A DNA stretch of 64,000 nt from Octopus sinensis. Taxonomy: Eukaryota. The translations under genes were made by a program, and so were the position numbers. The stretch lies in assembly GCF_006345805.1 (NCBI RefSeq), contig NC_043001.1, positions 62,558,001 to 62,622,000 on the forward strand, given 5' to 3'. Below the pieces are notes generated by a model, which was given only the letters and a program-made list of their open reading frames with translations, had not been told where the DNA came from and searched no databases. Below, in pieces: positions 23,900 through 37,679 of the stretch (position 1 is the first letter of the stretch; every line of letters starts with the position of its first letter).

Positions 23900-26280
23900 T
23901 CAATAAAGACAGGGGTTAAACATTCAGAGCTGAGCTCACAGCTTGAAAAATAAAATTCTGATTCTTTGAAAAACTATCTCACAGATCATCTTAGTTATGA
24001 AGTGTTCCACTCTCAATAAATTTACAAAACATCAGAAACAGTTAAAAGATAAACTAGGAAAGCAGTTTGGGGACTCAAAAACCTAAACCTAAAATTCCAA
24101 ACTTCGTCAGCAGAAACAAGAACAGCAACAGCTGAGAAATTGAAATACAAATCTGCAGAATATAAATGGAAAACACTGAATATATTATTTCAGAGTGTTC
24201 CCAAATCAGTCTATTATAACTTCAACCAAAATAACACAAAATCAGTAAAAAACAACCCCTTGACTGAACAAGTGGAAAGTTACTGCAAATCAATTTGGAA
24301 AAGGAATGATGGATTCAATAAAAAGGTTGAATGGATGAGGAATTCAAACAGGAATACTGAAAGCATGTGAAACAAAACTTTTATGAAATCAATAGTGCAG
24401 TACCAGAAACACACCTGAAAAAGTACCAAACGTTGAATCTCTTGACCCAGATCTTATTACAGGATATTGGTTAAAAAGAATCTCAACCTTTATCAAGAAA
24501 TTTAACAACACAGTTTGGAAAGAGTATCAAGGGCACACTAAATATATCTATATGTCTGTCAACCATCCGTCAACTTTCTCATCCCCAAAATAGCCAAACC
24601 ACTGAAACTAAAAGTAGCTAGTCAAAAATTCATGTATAAGATGTACACAGGTTGCCTCAACTTGTTTTCACAGCATCACTGTAACACAAGCAATATTGTA
24701 ACCACAGAACAAGCTGGAGGGAAGAAGGAAGTGTGGGGATGTATTGAGCACATACTGATTGACAAAATGACACATGAAAGAACAATAAAGATTTGAAGAA
24801 ACTTACCTACAGTGTGGTTGGACAACCAAAAGCCTTTGATAGTATACCACATGGGTGGATAATCAAGGCACTTGCAATTAACCAAAGTACTATCCACTAC
24901 CTAACCAAAAAATGGTACATCTTACTTCTTTGAAGTGATAATGAAAACATCAAATCTGACACTATACTTCTAAAAAGGCATCCTTTGGGGCAATAATCTG
25001 TCAGTACAACTCTTTGTACACTCACTGAACCCCATGCCTTACCTAATCACAAAACACAGCAACTATAGGAATAGATCCAACAACAGTTTTAACTTTCCTT
25101 TGTTGATGACTTGAAGCTGTATGAGCCAAATAATAACCACTTCAAAAACTGGATCTCATAACACAAAGACATTGGAATAAAATTTGATTAGTCTAAATGT
25201 GCATTATTGGTGGTAAAATGCAGCAAACTTGTGCTTTCATCTAAGACATGAAACATAAATAACCTAGAAATACAGCGTCTACTCTCTGAAAAAAGCTACA
25301 GATACTTGGACAGGATGAGAATCTCAGCTATGATGAACCTATCAATAAGGAGAGAATAAGGAATGAGTACCTCAAGAGGATAAAAAAATACAGTCATCTG
25401 AATTCTCTGCTTACAATAAGCATATTGCTCACAACACATTTGCAGAGCCTGTTCGCATGCCTACATTTGACTTTCTGAATTGGTCACTACAATAACTTGA
25501 TAAGATAAGTGTACAAACTTACAAGCTCTCAGTATAACTGGAAATTTCAACATCAGTGAAGATGTAAACAGGCTATACTTCCCACAAAAGGATGGTGGCC
25601 ATAGTCTTAAATCTGTTTTGATGTCATATAAAGCACATATTGTGGCACTAAAACAATATCCACGGTAGGGGAAAGAGGCCAGTAACTATCTTGTCCAAGT
25701 TTGAGGCTATGAAATCAACAACATAATTAGGATGGCTTGAGGTGAAGTAAGAACTGATACACATCTCTCTCCAAGGGGCATTGATCGATTCTATTCATCA
25801 GAAGAACAAAGTTTAAAAATGAACCAGTTCACTGAAAAGGTAGTACAAGGGTGTTTGGCACAACATAAAAAGCAGAAAAGATTGACAGACAACAAACGTA
25901 CGCTGTGTAAAACCAAGACTGAATTCATCAACCACATTATTGCCAACTGCAAGAGAACGTCTTCCAAATACCTTCCCATGAGGAATGATATAGTGGCAGA
26001 ACAGTCTAGAACAGGTTAGGAAAAGACAATGCCAGCAGACAAAGTTGACTATATTAAGACACATGGGTCAAAAGAATATTGGCAGAGCTTAAAAATTACA
26101 ATAGTCACCAAGTTAAAAATGCAACCAGTCAGATATTGTTGGATTGGAAACCAAAACAAAAATATGCTCTGTGGAAATCAGCAGCTTCCTAAATGCCAAT
26201 TTGGTAAGAAAAATACAGGAGTGGACCATTGATAAGGCGTACTCAAGATACACTTTCAGCTTTATATCTCTTGTTATTAG
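23900..26280 (+). mobile_element. Degraded R4/Dong-like non-LTR retrotransposon
   Basis: QVESYCKSIW, WLDNQKAFDSIPHGWIIKAL, FVDDLKLY, KDIGIKF, KSYRYLG, SELSAYNKHIAHNTFA, RLYFPQKDGG, HIIANC, YLPMRND. Left boundary approximate. Confidence 0.75.
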
Positions 26281-26299
26281 GGCAGCAGGATAACAAAAG

Positions 26300-29038
26300 A
26301 CAAGGAGGTACTCATTATGGGAGGGGACTTCAATGGACATGTTGGAAGACACCCCAATGAATTTCAGAGTGTTGGCTCCAAAAATGAGAAGGGGACAAGG
26401 CTGCTGGGGTCTTGTGATGCTCATGACATATTAGTCTGCAACACCTACTTCAGGAAACCTGCCAACCATCTGATCACTTACCAATCTGGTGGGCACACCA
26501 GCTAAATCAACTACATTCCCAAGAGACACAGGAACAAGTGTATGCTAGTAAATGCAAAATCTTTCCTGGAGGAAGAATGTACAGTGCAGCATAGGGTAGT
26601 GATTAGTGACTTCAGACTTAGAGCCAGAAGGATGCAGTGACACAAACCAATATAGAAAAGGAGGTTGTGGAAGCTCAAGGATCCTCCAAATGGGCAGAGA
26701 TTTAGAGATGTTCTTAATGAAGCTTTTGATGAGAAGGAGGAAGAGATAGAGATATAAGATGTAGAAGACAACTGGAAGTTCCTATGAGACAATCGACTGA
26801 GGGTGACAGACCAAATCTGTGGTGGGAGCAAAGCTTCTTCCAGACCAGGGTGACATGGTAGTAGAACAGTGATGTTGATAGGGCCACAAAAGAGAAGAGA
26901 TGGGTCTGGAAAGAATGGAAAAGAGTGGGTAGCAGAAATCATTTCAAGAAGCTAAAAGGGAAGTGAGACGTCAGCTTACCTAGTTAACATAAAAGCGGAA
27001 AGGAAGAGGTTTGCCAATGCCCTACAACTTGAAGATCAGAGACATGGGGTGTTCCAGATTGTGAGTCAGTGTGTCAGAGATAATCAGGATATTGTGGGAG
27101 AGAAGTGTATATGCATGAATAATGGTATGTTTGCACTTAGAATTCAGACAAGAAAAAAGTGTGGAAGAGTTACTATGCAAGGCTATTGAATGTTGAGAAT
27201 GAATGGGATAAAAGGAGTCTCCCTCATGTGAACTAAACTGAGGGACCAGCTATCTTAGTGGACAGCAGTATGGTAGGTAAGGCAATTAAAGATATAATAA
27301 CAAAGAAGAACCCTGGTCCATCTGGAGTCACTGCTGAGATACTCCAAATATCTGGTAAGGTAGGATACGGAATAGTTACCTGCATATTGTTAGCTGCTAC
27401 AAGGGTAAGGAAAATGCCTTAGCTAGAAGCATTTATAGAGGTATCAAACTTCTGGACCAGGTAATGAAAATTACAAAGAGAGTTACAGCACAATTAATTA
27501 GAAACAGAGTTAAGCTAAATGAAATGCAGTTTGGTTTTGCCCTGGGGAAAAGCACTACTGATGCTATTTTCATTGCCAAGCAATTGCAAGAGAAATACTT
27601 AGCCAAGAATAAACCATTACACTTGGCATTTGTTGATCTAGAGAAAGTCTTTGACAGAGTTCCCCACTGTGTGATATGGTGGGCTCTGAGGAGGCCAGGA
27701 ATGGATGAGTAGCTTGTGAAAGCTGTACAGCCTATTTTTAGGGGCACTGTCAGTAAGGTGAGAATTAACCACAAGTAATGTGAAGAATTTGATGTACAGG
27801 TAGGGATTCATCAAGGCTCAGTCCTCAGTCCCCTATTTTTCATCATTGTCCTCTAGGTCATAACAAAGGAATTCAAGATTGATGGCTCCTGGTCACAACT
27901 ATATGCTGACAGTCTTGCCCTCCTAGCAGATTCTGTATCATTGCTAGAAAAGAAATTCCACATGTGGAAGCAAAACCTGGAATCTAAAGGACTTAAGATT
28001 AACTTAGCAAAGACTAAGGTCTTATTAAAGATGAAAACTAACAGGATCCTACCCACTTCAGATAAAGTGGCCCAGCTTGATTAGTAGGAAAGGTGTAGGT
28101 AGGAATTTCATATGGTCTACCCAGTGTAAGCTATGGACACACAACAGGTGCAGTGGAATAATAGGAAGGCTATCAGCAAAAGTAGTGTTCCTATGTGGAA
28201 GATTCACAAGAGACAAAAAAATTTTTGCTACCTAGGGGACGACATTAGTAGTCAGGGTGGCTATACAAAGTGTGTAATAGTTAGAATAAGAATAGGGTGG
28301 AGAAAATTCAGAGAGCTTTTACTTCTGTTGGCAACCAAAAGTTTCTCTCTCTGAATGAATGGAAAATTGTATGATACATACATATGAATAGAAATTCTAT
28401 ATGGTAGTAAGACATGGGCCCTGAATGCAAAGGTCATGTGAAGGCTAGAGAGAAATGAGGCTAGTGTGCTCTGCAGGATGTGTAATGCAAGTGTACACAT
28501 GTGACAGAGTGTTAGTGTATTGAGAGAGAAGTTAGGAATAAGAGGAATTAGATGCAGTGGGCAAGAGAGAAGACAGTGTTAGTTTGGTCATATGATGTGA
28601 ATGGATGCTGATGGCTCCAAAAAGAAGTGCCAATCTCTGAAAGTGGATAGAATTTGTGGAAGAGGGAGACCCAGGAAGACATGGGACAAAATACTGAAGG
28701 ATTGACTTCAGAACGCTGAACCTTTTGGATGAGCAGACAAAGAACCAAAACACTTGGTGTTTTGTTGTACTCAAGAAGATCTGTCTTCCATAGAAGAAGT
28801 GTTAAGGCTACATCTCCTGGTGAAAAGTTTTGTGTCAGAGTCACATATAAAGCACGCTGGTGGCACATTTAAAGCACCCAGCACACACTATGAAATGGTT
28901 GGTGTTAGGAAGGGCATCCAACCATAGAAACCAAGCCAAATCAGACTGGAACCTGGTACAGCTTCTTAGCTCCAGTCAAATCGTCCAGCTCATGCCAGCA
29001 TGGATGGAAAAACAGACATTAAAGGATGATGATGATGA
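26300..29038 (+). mobile_element. Degraded near-full-length RTE LINE (APE endonuclease, RT, tail)
   Basis: MGGDFNGHVG, VCNTYFRKP, QHRVVISDF, QFGFALGKSTTDAIF, AFVDLEKVFDRVP, LYAD, YLGD. Tail ...ttaaaggatgatgatgatga at ~29020-29038. Confidence 0.88.
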
Positions 29039-29149
29039 CATATATAACATAGATATTATATATATATATACTATGTTGTAGTGTATATTTTTTTATTTCG
29101 ATTTCAACTTTTAATGCTGCTATTATTGTGTCCTCTAATGGTTCATTGT

Positions 29150-31230
29150 ATTTAGGTATCAATCCGCATGTCACAGTTTTTACGATGGTAGAAATTCCAT
29201 CTTAAAGTCATAATTTAGCAGGATTGTACCCCAGCGCAGCAATTGGTTGGCTGTATATGTGGGGATACTCTTTCACGATCCATAAATTGACAACAATGGG
29301 CAGTGATCTGTTTGCAGACTAAATTTCCTTCCATGTATAAATTTGTGAAATTTTTTCACTGCAAAAATAATGGCTAATGCCTTCTTAATTTGGCTGTAGT
29401 TTTTCAGCTGCCATCAATGAACATGAAGCATGAGCGATGGGTTTTACACTACTTTCATACTTGTGTAAAATTATCGCTTCTTTTCCACTTTCTCTGGCAT
29501 CTGATGCTACTACTATTGTTAAATTTGGATCAAAGTGCGTTAATGACATTTCCGATGTTAACACATTTTTGTTTCTTCAAGCGCTTTTTGGCACCTGTCC
29601 AACCAATACCATTTAACGTCTTTTTTCAATAGGTTATTTAGGGGTGCTCTTAGCTCATGCATTTTCAGTATATATGTTTGGTAATAGTTTGCAAGCCCCA
29701 ATAATGCTTGTAATGTAATATTTTTCAGGGTAGGCATATTTTTTATTGCAGTTGATCTTGAAGGATCTGGCCTGTGACCATTTTTATCGATAACTTACAC
29801 TAGATACTTTATTTCTGGCATGAAAAATTTGCATTTTCCCTCGCTAACTTTAAATCCATACTCCTTTATTCTTTCAAAGACATTTTTAACATGTTCCTCA
29901 TGCTGGCCTCGAAACTCACTTTTTATGGGTATGTCATCCAAGTAAGCTATAGCGAAATCCGTATCTACAAGCATAGTGTCCAGCACGTGTTGGAAAATAC
30001 TAGGTGCAACCTTTATCCCAAAAAGAAGTTGATTGAATTTATATAAACCTTTATGGGTGTTTATTGTTAAGAATTTTGAACATTCCTCCTCGACTTGTAA
30101 ATGTAAATATGCCTCCAACAAGTCCAACTTTGAAAAAAAATTTTCCTCCACTGAGTTTTGCAAAAATTTCCTCTGGACCTGGTAATGGGTAATTGTATGT
30201 CAACTCAACAAACATTCGTTCAAGCCTGTTGAAAAGTCAGTACATACTCGTATTTTCTTTTCTTTGCATCAACAGTTGGTGATGCGCATTCTAAATAATC
30301 AAATTTTTCTATAACTCCAAGCTTTTCAAGTCTATCCAATTCCTCGTTGACTTGATTCAGTGCCATGAAAGGTACAGCTTGCTTTGGCTTAAATACCGGC
30401 ACAGTGTTTTCTTTCATTTGAAATTTTATTTTTGTCTTGGTGCACCTACCTAATTATTCAGAAAAAACATCAGGAAAAATCTTTTCCAATTTCTTTTTTA
30501 AATCCTCCAATGCCTTATTTGAACTAGCATTAAGAACCGTTTACATTATAGCAAAAAATATTTATGGGGAGGTCCCCTAAATTAAATAGTTCCATCTAGT
30601 CTGTGCCAAATAGGTTTGTCATATTTTTTAATACAAAAACTTTGGCTTTCAAAGTTTTTCCATAATATGTCACCTCACTTATCATTTCGTCCAAAAATTG
30701 CAATTGTTTCCCTGAAATACCACACGTGATTTAAAAAAATTTTTTCAATGTAGGCTTTCCAATTTTTCTCCATGTATCATCATTAATTATCATGATATCA
30801 CTACCTGTGTCCAACTGTAGTCTCATATTCACATTATTTATTTTTATGGAGATGAATATTCTTTTTTTTTCTGCCTCATTTTGCATTTGTGTTGACAATA
30901 CTTTTTCCGTCAAATTTTTTCGTTCGACCTTTTTTATTTCACCCAATAATGTGAATTCTTATGTCTGATTTTTCCACATCCAAAACATTTAAAATTTTTA
31001 AAAGGACAGTTTCTTTTAAAATGTATTTCTCCACACCCAAAGCATGGTTTGGGTTTTGACTATTGTTTTTTTCTTTTTTCTTATCTGTTACAGGTTGACA
31101 CATATATATATTTGAATAATCTTTTCCAATTTTTTCTGCATCCTGTTATAAATTTATAATGCTTTGGCATTCTTCAGCTACTGTAGAGTTAGTTTCAAAT
31201 TTTGTTCAAGTTTTGTCAAAAAGGTACAGA
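29150..31230 (-). mobile_element. Gypsy LTR retrotransposon pol part (gag C-terminus, protease, RT, RNase H), pseudogenised
   Basis: Protease RLQLDTGSDI; RT FSKLDL.EAY, FGIKVAPSIFQ, AYLDD; RNase H KPIAHAS..AAEKNYSQ..KALAIIFAVKKFHKFIHGRKFSLQTDH.PL, ANQLLRWGTILLNYDF. Confidence 0.9.
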
Positions 31231-31231
31231 A

Positions 31232-33414
31232 GATCTGTGGCCATTTTTATATGCAAAATGACATGGGAAATCCATTTCTGGCCTTCTTTTTGTTGAATTA
31301 GGCATGATTTCTACAGAATTGTCACTGTATACTCTTTTTGTCATTATTATTAAATAAAATTCTCTACTGCATTGTATAATGGGTTTCAACCCAGGGCTAG
31401 AGACCAATCTTAGTAACACCTACAATGTGATTCAAAGCTTGTGTTTAATGTTATTTTTTATCTTTCAGATTTTATTTGTTTTCAAGAATGAGGGCAAGAC
31501 AGTTCAAAAATGATCCAAACAGATTCTGTTATATCTGTGAGGAATTGACTTATGCTAAAGAAAAGCGCAGTATTACAGGCCATATCAAGAAAATATACAA
31601 GGCGTACTTCGATTGTTATTTAGGAGACCAGGATAAGTCATGGGCTCCTCATGTGTGTTGCCTTACATGTGTGAAGACATTGAGTGCCTGGTAAGCAGGA
31701 AAAAATGTTCACATGAAGTTTGGTGTGCCAATGATTTGGTGTGAGCAGAAAGATCACTCTAATGATTGGTATTTCTGTCACCATGGCTTTACAGGCTGTA
31801 CTACAGCAAAGAAAAAGAAACACATTGTTTACCCAAATTTGCAATCAGCAATGCGCCCTGTAGAGCACTCAGAAAATTTACCTGTGCCCAAACCTACAGG
31901 TCAAGAAATGTAGAGTTCCAGCAGTGCTGATGAACACTCCAGTGGTGAATGTATAGAGCCCAATGATCCAGAAAGTGAGAAACCAATACCATTTTCTCAA
32001 GAGGCTAAATGACTTCTGCAAGGATCTCTATTTAACCAGGGAAAAGTGAGTTTCTGGCATCAAGGCTTCAATAAAGTAATCTTCTTGAGAAAGGAGTGAA
32101 GATAACACTGTACAGAAAATGTACAGAAGATTTGCTTGCATTATTCACCATGAAGGATGACTTATGCTTTTGTAATGACATCACTGAACTTTTTGAGCAA
32201 CTGGAAATACCATATGATAAAACCAACTGGCGACTTTTCATAGATGCATCCAAGGACAGCATCAAATCTGTTCTGCTACACAATGGTAACATTCTGCCTT
32301 CTGTTCCCATAGGTTATAGTGCAACCATGAAAGAATTATATGAAAATCTGAAAGCAATTCTAACAAGCATACAGTATGATGACCATACCTGGCATATTTG
32401 TGCAGATTTTAAGGTTGTGGCCAAGCTTACTGGCCTTTAGCTTGGCTATACTAAATTCTGCTTTTTCCTGTGCTCATGTAATTTCAGAGCAAGAGCTGAA
32501 CATTATGTATGCAAGGATTGGGCGATCCAAGATGAAATTGAGTAAGGTAAACACAACATCATGCACAAACCACTTGTGAAAAGTGGTAGAATTTTTTTAC
32601 CACTTTTGCATATCAAACTTGGTTTGTTTAAGCAATTTGTGAAAGCCTTGGACGAGGAATCCTCCGCATTTGAATATCTTGCAGAAAAGTTCCCTTCCCT
32701 AAGTCAAGCTAAAATTAAAGAAGGTTTCTTCGTAGGTCCCCAAATTCAAAAAATTATACTTGATGAAACCTTCATCACACATCTCAAGAGAAAAGAGAAA
32801 CTTGCATTTGAGTCATTCAAGAAAGTTTGTGATAACTTCCTGGGCAACCATCGTTCAGAAGACTATGTGCAAACTGTGAATGATCTGCTGAGTCATTACC
32901 ATGATATGGGATGTAACATGTCTCTAAAAGTTCATGTGCTTCACTCTCATTTGGATTTTTTGCGGAAAATCTTGGTGATGTGAGTGATGAACATGGCGAA
33001 AGGTTCTATCAGGATATTTCAGTGATGGAGTGACGATTCAAAAGAAAATGGGACCCTGGCATGTTGGCAGACTACTGCTGGGGTATAAAAAACAGAAAAC
33101 CACACCCCGCACAAGAGGCTTAGAGGGACAAAAGTTGTTTAAACTGACAGGTGTGTTTTTAATTCATAACCAATATATGTTTTGTTATACCAACTAAATT
33201 TTTGTTTTGGTTTTGTAACTTTCAGTATTTGCAATAATGTGTTCAATACGCAATATTATACAGTATATTATAAAACATATGGTTCATGGTACAGGAAAAC
33301 GGTACCTAATCTAGAGAAATAAAGGTCAGAATCAGAATCAGGAGAATTTTTTGACCCAGAAACAAGTCTTACTTAACTTGTACTTTTTTTGAACCTGAAA
33401 TTTGTTGCACAGTG
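31232..33414 (+). mobile_element. Chapaev3-like (CMC) DNA transposon with disrupted transposase, nested in Gypsy gag
   Basis: From ATG 31488: FCYICE..GDQDKSWAPHVCC..C, FGVPMIW, WRLFIDASKDSIKSVLLHNGN, ICADFKV, LPLLHIKLGL.KQFVKA, KIKEGFFVGPQI, CNMSLKVHVLHSHLDF, SDEHGERFYQDI. Right terminus ...aaatttgttgcacaGTG followed by TAA. Family name is from recall of these motifs and termini. Confidence 0.7.
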
Positions 33415-33417
33415 TAA

Positions 33418-34280
33418 TCCTTGTACAAAGATTAGACATTTGAACATGTCCAGGATTAATCTGTTTAGTTAAAATTTTTCACATTCTCTGTTAACGATTC
33501 CGGCATATGTGACAAAATCTTCAGTTTATTATTTTTTTTTTTTAAATTCAAGCACTCCCAGCAAATATTAAATAGTGAACTTCTTTCACTGAATATCTTA
33601 GATAACAGGTTGTTTCCTTGAAACAAATTTCGGATGGTTTTCTCGGCAGGATGTAATTACAGTACTTTTCCTGTTCTGCAGGTGACAATTTCCTTAAAAG
33701 AAGTCATACCTTCTTTTCGTCTGCTAGTTTCTACATTCTTCTTTGAAGATTCCTTCATACCTTCTGAAGTATGCTGAAAACATAATCCCTTCTGGATTAT
33801 AAGTAAATTCTTCAGTTGAATTAGCAACCCCATCTGCCGAAAACAAACCTGAAGTGTTTTGGACTGCAACAATAATTCCAACAACTGTTGATTTTGCCGT
33901 TGCTGTTCCTGTTGCACCAGTTGTTGCTGTCTGTTGTTCTTGTTGTTGTAGTTTCCGTTACTGCTGTTGCTATTGTTGTTGTTGTTGTAGTTGCTGTTGC
34001 AATTGTACCACGGAAGCTAATAGTTCATCCATGCTAAGAACATTCACAGTGAGCTTCGAATTTCTCGTCGCGACTCTTATATCTTTGCGGCGTTTGGATA
34101 TAACACTACAAAATCTAAATCAGTAACAAACATATCTTTTCTCAATGATTTCTATGACTGTCTTCACAAATGCAATTGCAAATACCACACTGTATGTCAC
34201 ACTGTCAGTATGCATACGCCTTTATAAAGTTTAGGACAGTTCACTTGTACAGACACTGGAGTGTCAGGATTTCACCACAA
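33418..34280 (-). mobile_element. Gypsy 5' part (probable LTR, PBS-like site, gag N-terminus)
   Basis: Minus strand tgtggtgaaa... at 34280, gcgacgag PBS-like site at ~34065, poly-Q gag start, YNPEE..FSAYFRRYE, FKCLIFVQGL running into the Chapaev junction. Confidence 0.75.
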
Positions 34281-34715
34281 CAGTGACATTGGATCGCGTC
34301 AAGCTCTGCTGTTAGTTTGACACTATGTGGCAACTAGAGCTGAAAGCAGTAGTCCAGGCAGCTGATAACAAAGGTCATCCACAGGGTCAATATAGCTTCT
34401 TGGTCTCTTGTCTTGAAGGACCTTAGTATCTATCCTGCCTGTTGAAAGTACTCTGCTACTATCTTGGTAAGGTGCATATGAAATGATGCATCATTGCACA
34501 TACTGATCCCCAAGTCTCTCACTGCCTGTGACTCTGAGATTGCAGTGTCTTTGGGTCCTGTATATGCAGGCTGCAGTGCATTTGTGAGCTGACAGCACAT
34601 TGCTTGAAATTATCCAACATTAAGTTGCATGTTGTTTACTTCAGCCCACTTTTATATTTCATTCACATCCTGCTGTAAGCTTTCGATGTCATCTGGATTT
34701 TTTATTGCCTGTGTT
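34280..34715 (-). mobile_element. CR1/L2-group LINE RT fragment
   Basis: Minus strand: DDIESLQQDVNEI..WAEVNNMQLN, VRDLGI, ILRSFKTRD, LDYCFQL. Confidence 0.7.
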
Positions 34716-34719
34716 AATT

Positions 34720-35670
34720 TACTAGTTATGCCAATGATACAAAAGCAGTACAGAAAGACCGAGATGCCATATATAAATGGCTGAAGAAAACATCATGCAA
34801 TTTAATGCAGGTCAATTCCAAGCCATCAACTACCAGCTAACTGGTACTCACAAGCTGCAATGATACTTTAGACCAAAATGAGCAGCAATCCTAGAGTACA
34901 TACAGTGTGTGACCTGGGGATTGATATGAGCAAAGATGCCTTATTTCACAAATCACGAAGACAGTAGAAATGTGCAGGTCAATGGCCAGATGGATTCTGA
35001 GAACCTTCAAAATAAGGGACCAAGAAACTATGCTGGTTGTATGGAGGACATTTGTCCTCAGCTGTCTGGTGTACTGCTCTCAACTGTAGTCACCCTACAG
35101 TGTCAGATTAATAGCAGAATTTGAAGCAGTTCAGCAGTGCTACACCAGGAAGATTGCATCAATGGAACAGCTGAGCTACTGGGAGAGACTGAAAGAGCTA
35201 CAACTCTACTCTTTGGAATGAAGATGAGAGAGGTATGCAGTGATATGTGTATGGAAGATCCTGGAGGGACTGACACCAAACATTGGTATCAAGAGCTATA
35301 CCAACCCCCAAACTGGACATCACTGCACAGTTCCGAAAGTCTCAGCTATCCCATGTAGAGTGAAGACCATATACTACAACAGCTTGAAGACCATATACAA
35401 CAGCTTGGGCCCACGGCTATTTAATGCCTTGCCTAAACATCTGAGTGATCTTCATGGAGTAGGGATAAATGCTTTCAAGAAACAACTTGACCGCCTGCTA
35501 TCCAAGGTCCAAGATGAACCAAGGCAGGAAACTCAAAAGAGGGCAACAGTGTTCAACTCCTTCCTTCACCAAAAGCCAATCACATAACATTGGCCACTGA
35601 AAAGGTGATTACACTGCTGATGCACCAGCATGGCCACAGCCTTAGAGCTGAAAAGAATAAAAGAACATAT
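34720..35670 (+). mobile_element. CR1/L2-group LINE 3' fragment
   Basis: SYANDTK (YADD equivalent), WKILEGLTPN, LGPRLFNALP, FKKQLDRLLSKVQDEP. Confidence 0.75.
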
Positions 35671-35706
35671 ACATACATAGAATATATGTATATATATATA
35701 TATATA

Positions 35707-35738
<32 letters not shown>

Positions 35739-35757
35739 ATACACACACACACGCGCA

Positions 35758-36997
35758 CAGTGGCCTACGATAAGTTTTTAACCACCTTAATTTTTTGAGA
35801 GGTCATGATTTGTAACAGGTTTCTTAGATTTTATATTGTATTTTCTCTCATCTTTTGCAGAGTAATAGATTTTTCAAATGATATTTCACAATGAGAGTGA
35901 AAGGAAGCGCACAAATTAGCAAGTCCAAATGAGGGCAAATCATAGGATGGCATCAGTGCAGAAAGTCAAACAGAGAAATAAAGTTTTTTAAGGTAAATTA
36001 TCAGACTGAATAATATTGTCAAAAGGTTTCAAGAAGGACAATGTCATATGAAACCTCATTCTGGAAGGCTGACTATTGTTTCAGATAGAGAAAAGAGGGC
36101 ACTGAAGAGGGAAACCGCCAGAAACTGCCATCTTAGCATTAGAGAGGTCACAACCAACATGGAAATGTTGTCTACTCTGTAAGAAAAGTCCTAAAAGAAC
36201 TAGCATATGAAAGAAGAATTGCAAGAAAGAAACCATTGATTTCAGATACCAACAAGGGGAAAAGGTGTGACTGGGCTTGGGAGCATGAGGACAAGGAAGC
36301 TGAATTTTGAAAGTCTGTGGTGTGGCCAGATGAAAGTAAGTTTTGCCAATATTCGAATTCAAGGCAAGTCTATGTATGGAGAGACAAAACTGAAGCTTGG
36401 AAGGCTGAATGTTTGTAACATACCATGAAATATGGCAGGATTGGAGTCATGGTTTGTGGGGCTGTCTGGGCAGAAAGGAAATCTGATTAATTTCCATGGA
36501 AAACCTGTTGGATGGACCAAAATACTATATTAGGAAAGGGACTACTTCCAATTTACAACACTGGTAAAATGGATAAGAACACCTCTTTTTCAAGAAGATG
36601 GAGCACCATATCATACAAGCAAAGTTTCAAATGCCTGGAGAGAAATGCATGGCATCAAGTCCCTCAGTGGATACCTCAAAGCCCCAACTTGAACCCAATT
36701 GAGCATGTCTGGGAGTACCTTGACAGAGAAATTCGAGCTAATTCTGTCAAAGTTACGTCTGTGGCAGCCCTTAAAAGCACTCTCTTGGAAACAGGGAATA
36801 ACATGGATCAAACTATTGTCACTAACTTAGTCAAAATGATAAAAGACCCTGTAAAAGCTGTGAAACTTGTGAAAGGAGGTTCTACCAAATAATAGTGCAA
36901 ATTTTCAGACAATTCTGTAGGGTGTTTCTGGAGTTATTAAACTTTGAATATGATTACTGTTTTACTCCTTCAGTTAAAAATTAATTATAGGCCAGTG
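35758..36997 (+). mobile_element. Near-full-length Tc1-family (DD34E-type) transposon, pseudogenised
   Basis: Ends cagtggccta / taggccagtg followed by TA. VWPDESKF, GVMVCGA and WIPQSPNLNPIEHVW motifs; C-terminal ORF at 36512-36892. Confidence 0.88.
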
Positions 36998-37006
36998 TAT
37001 ATACAA

Positions 37007-37170
37007 GCATGGTTATGTGGTAAGAAGCTTGCTTCTCAATCACATGGTTCCGGATTCAGTCCTACTGCATGGTACCTTCAGGCAAGTGTCTTCTACAATA
37101 GCCTCAAGCCAACTGCCTTGTGAGTGGATTTGGTAGATGGAAATTGACAGAAGCCTATCATACACACACA
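37007..37170 (+). mobile_element. tRNA-derived SINE
   Basis: ggttatgtggtaagaagcttgcttc...ggattcagtcc...aagtgtcttcta...gccttgtgagtggatttggtagatggaaattga. Confidence 0.75.
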
Positions 37171-37679
37171 TATATATACAGTCAATTTGAGGATGTCAGG
37201 TCCTCATTAGGGATTAAATAATTCAAAAATGGCATCTACCATTTCTTTTAGAGCTTTATAATTTATTTGTTTTGTTTCTATAAAAAAATCTTTCAACCTT
37301 ACTATATCATATAAATATATTATTTATACATTCATAATTCTCCATTTTCTTTCTTTCATTATATACCCCACCATCCCTATACATCCCATCCCTTAGGCCT
37401 CAACCCTTGTTTCCCCTACATCCCAACACCACCACACCATATCACACCACCCCGCACACACTAGCACTGACCACTTCCCAACACCCACACCAGCGCACAC
37501 ATTAGCACTGACCACTTCCCAGCACCTACACCATCACCCACACACTCTCACATACATGCACGTGCACCTTCATTTTGGGATCACCACTACTTTATTATAT
37601 CCCCTTCTTCCTAACTCTCCTGTGTAACCCTTCTGTCCAGCATTTGCCATGATAGATCGCTAGCCACTAAGCCTTTTTC

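Noticed and set aside
33854-34126. Cys/Val-rich ORF as a metallothionein- or toxin-like gene
   Set aside because: It is the antisense reading of the poly-Gln (CAA/CAG) stretch in the Gypsy gag.
37007-37170. tRNA-like A/B boxes as a tRNA gene
   Set aside because: No cloverleaf or anticodon stem is evident, and it continues into a SINE body found several times in the window.
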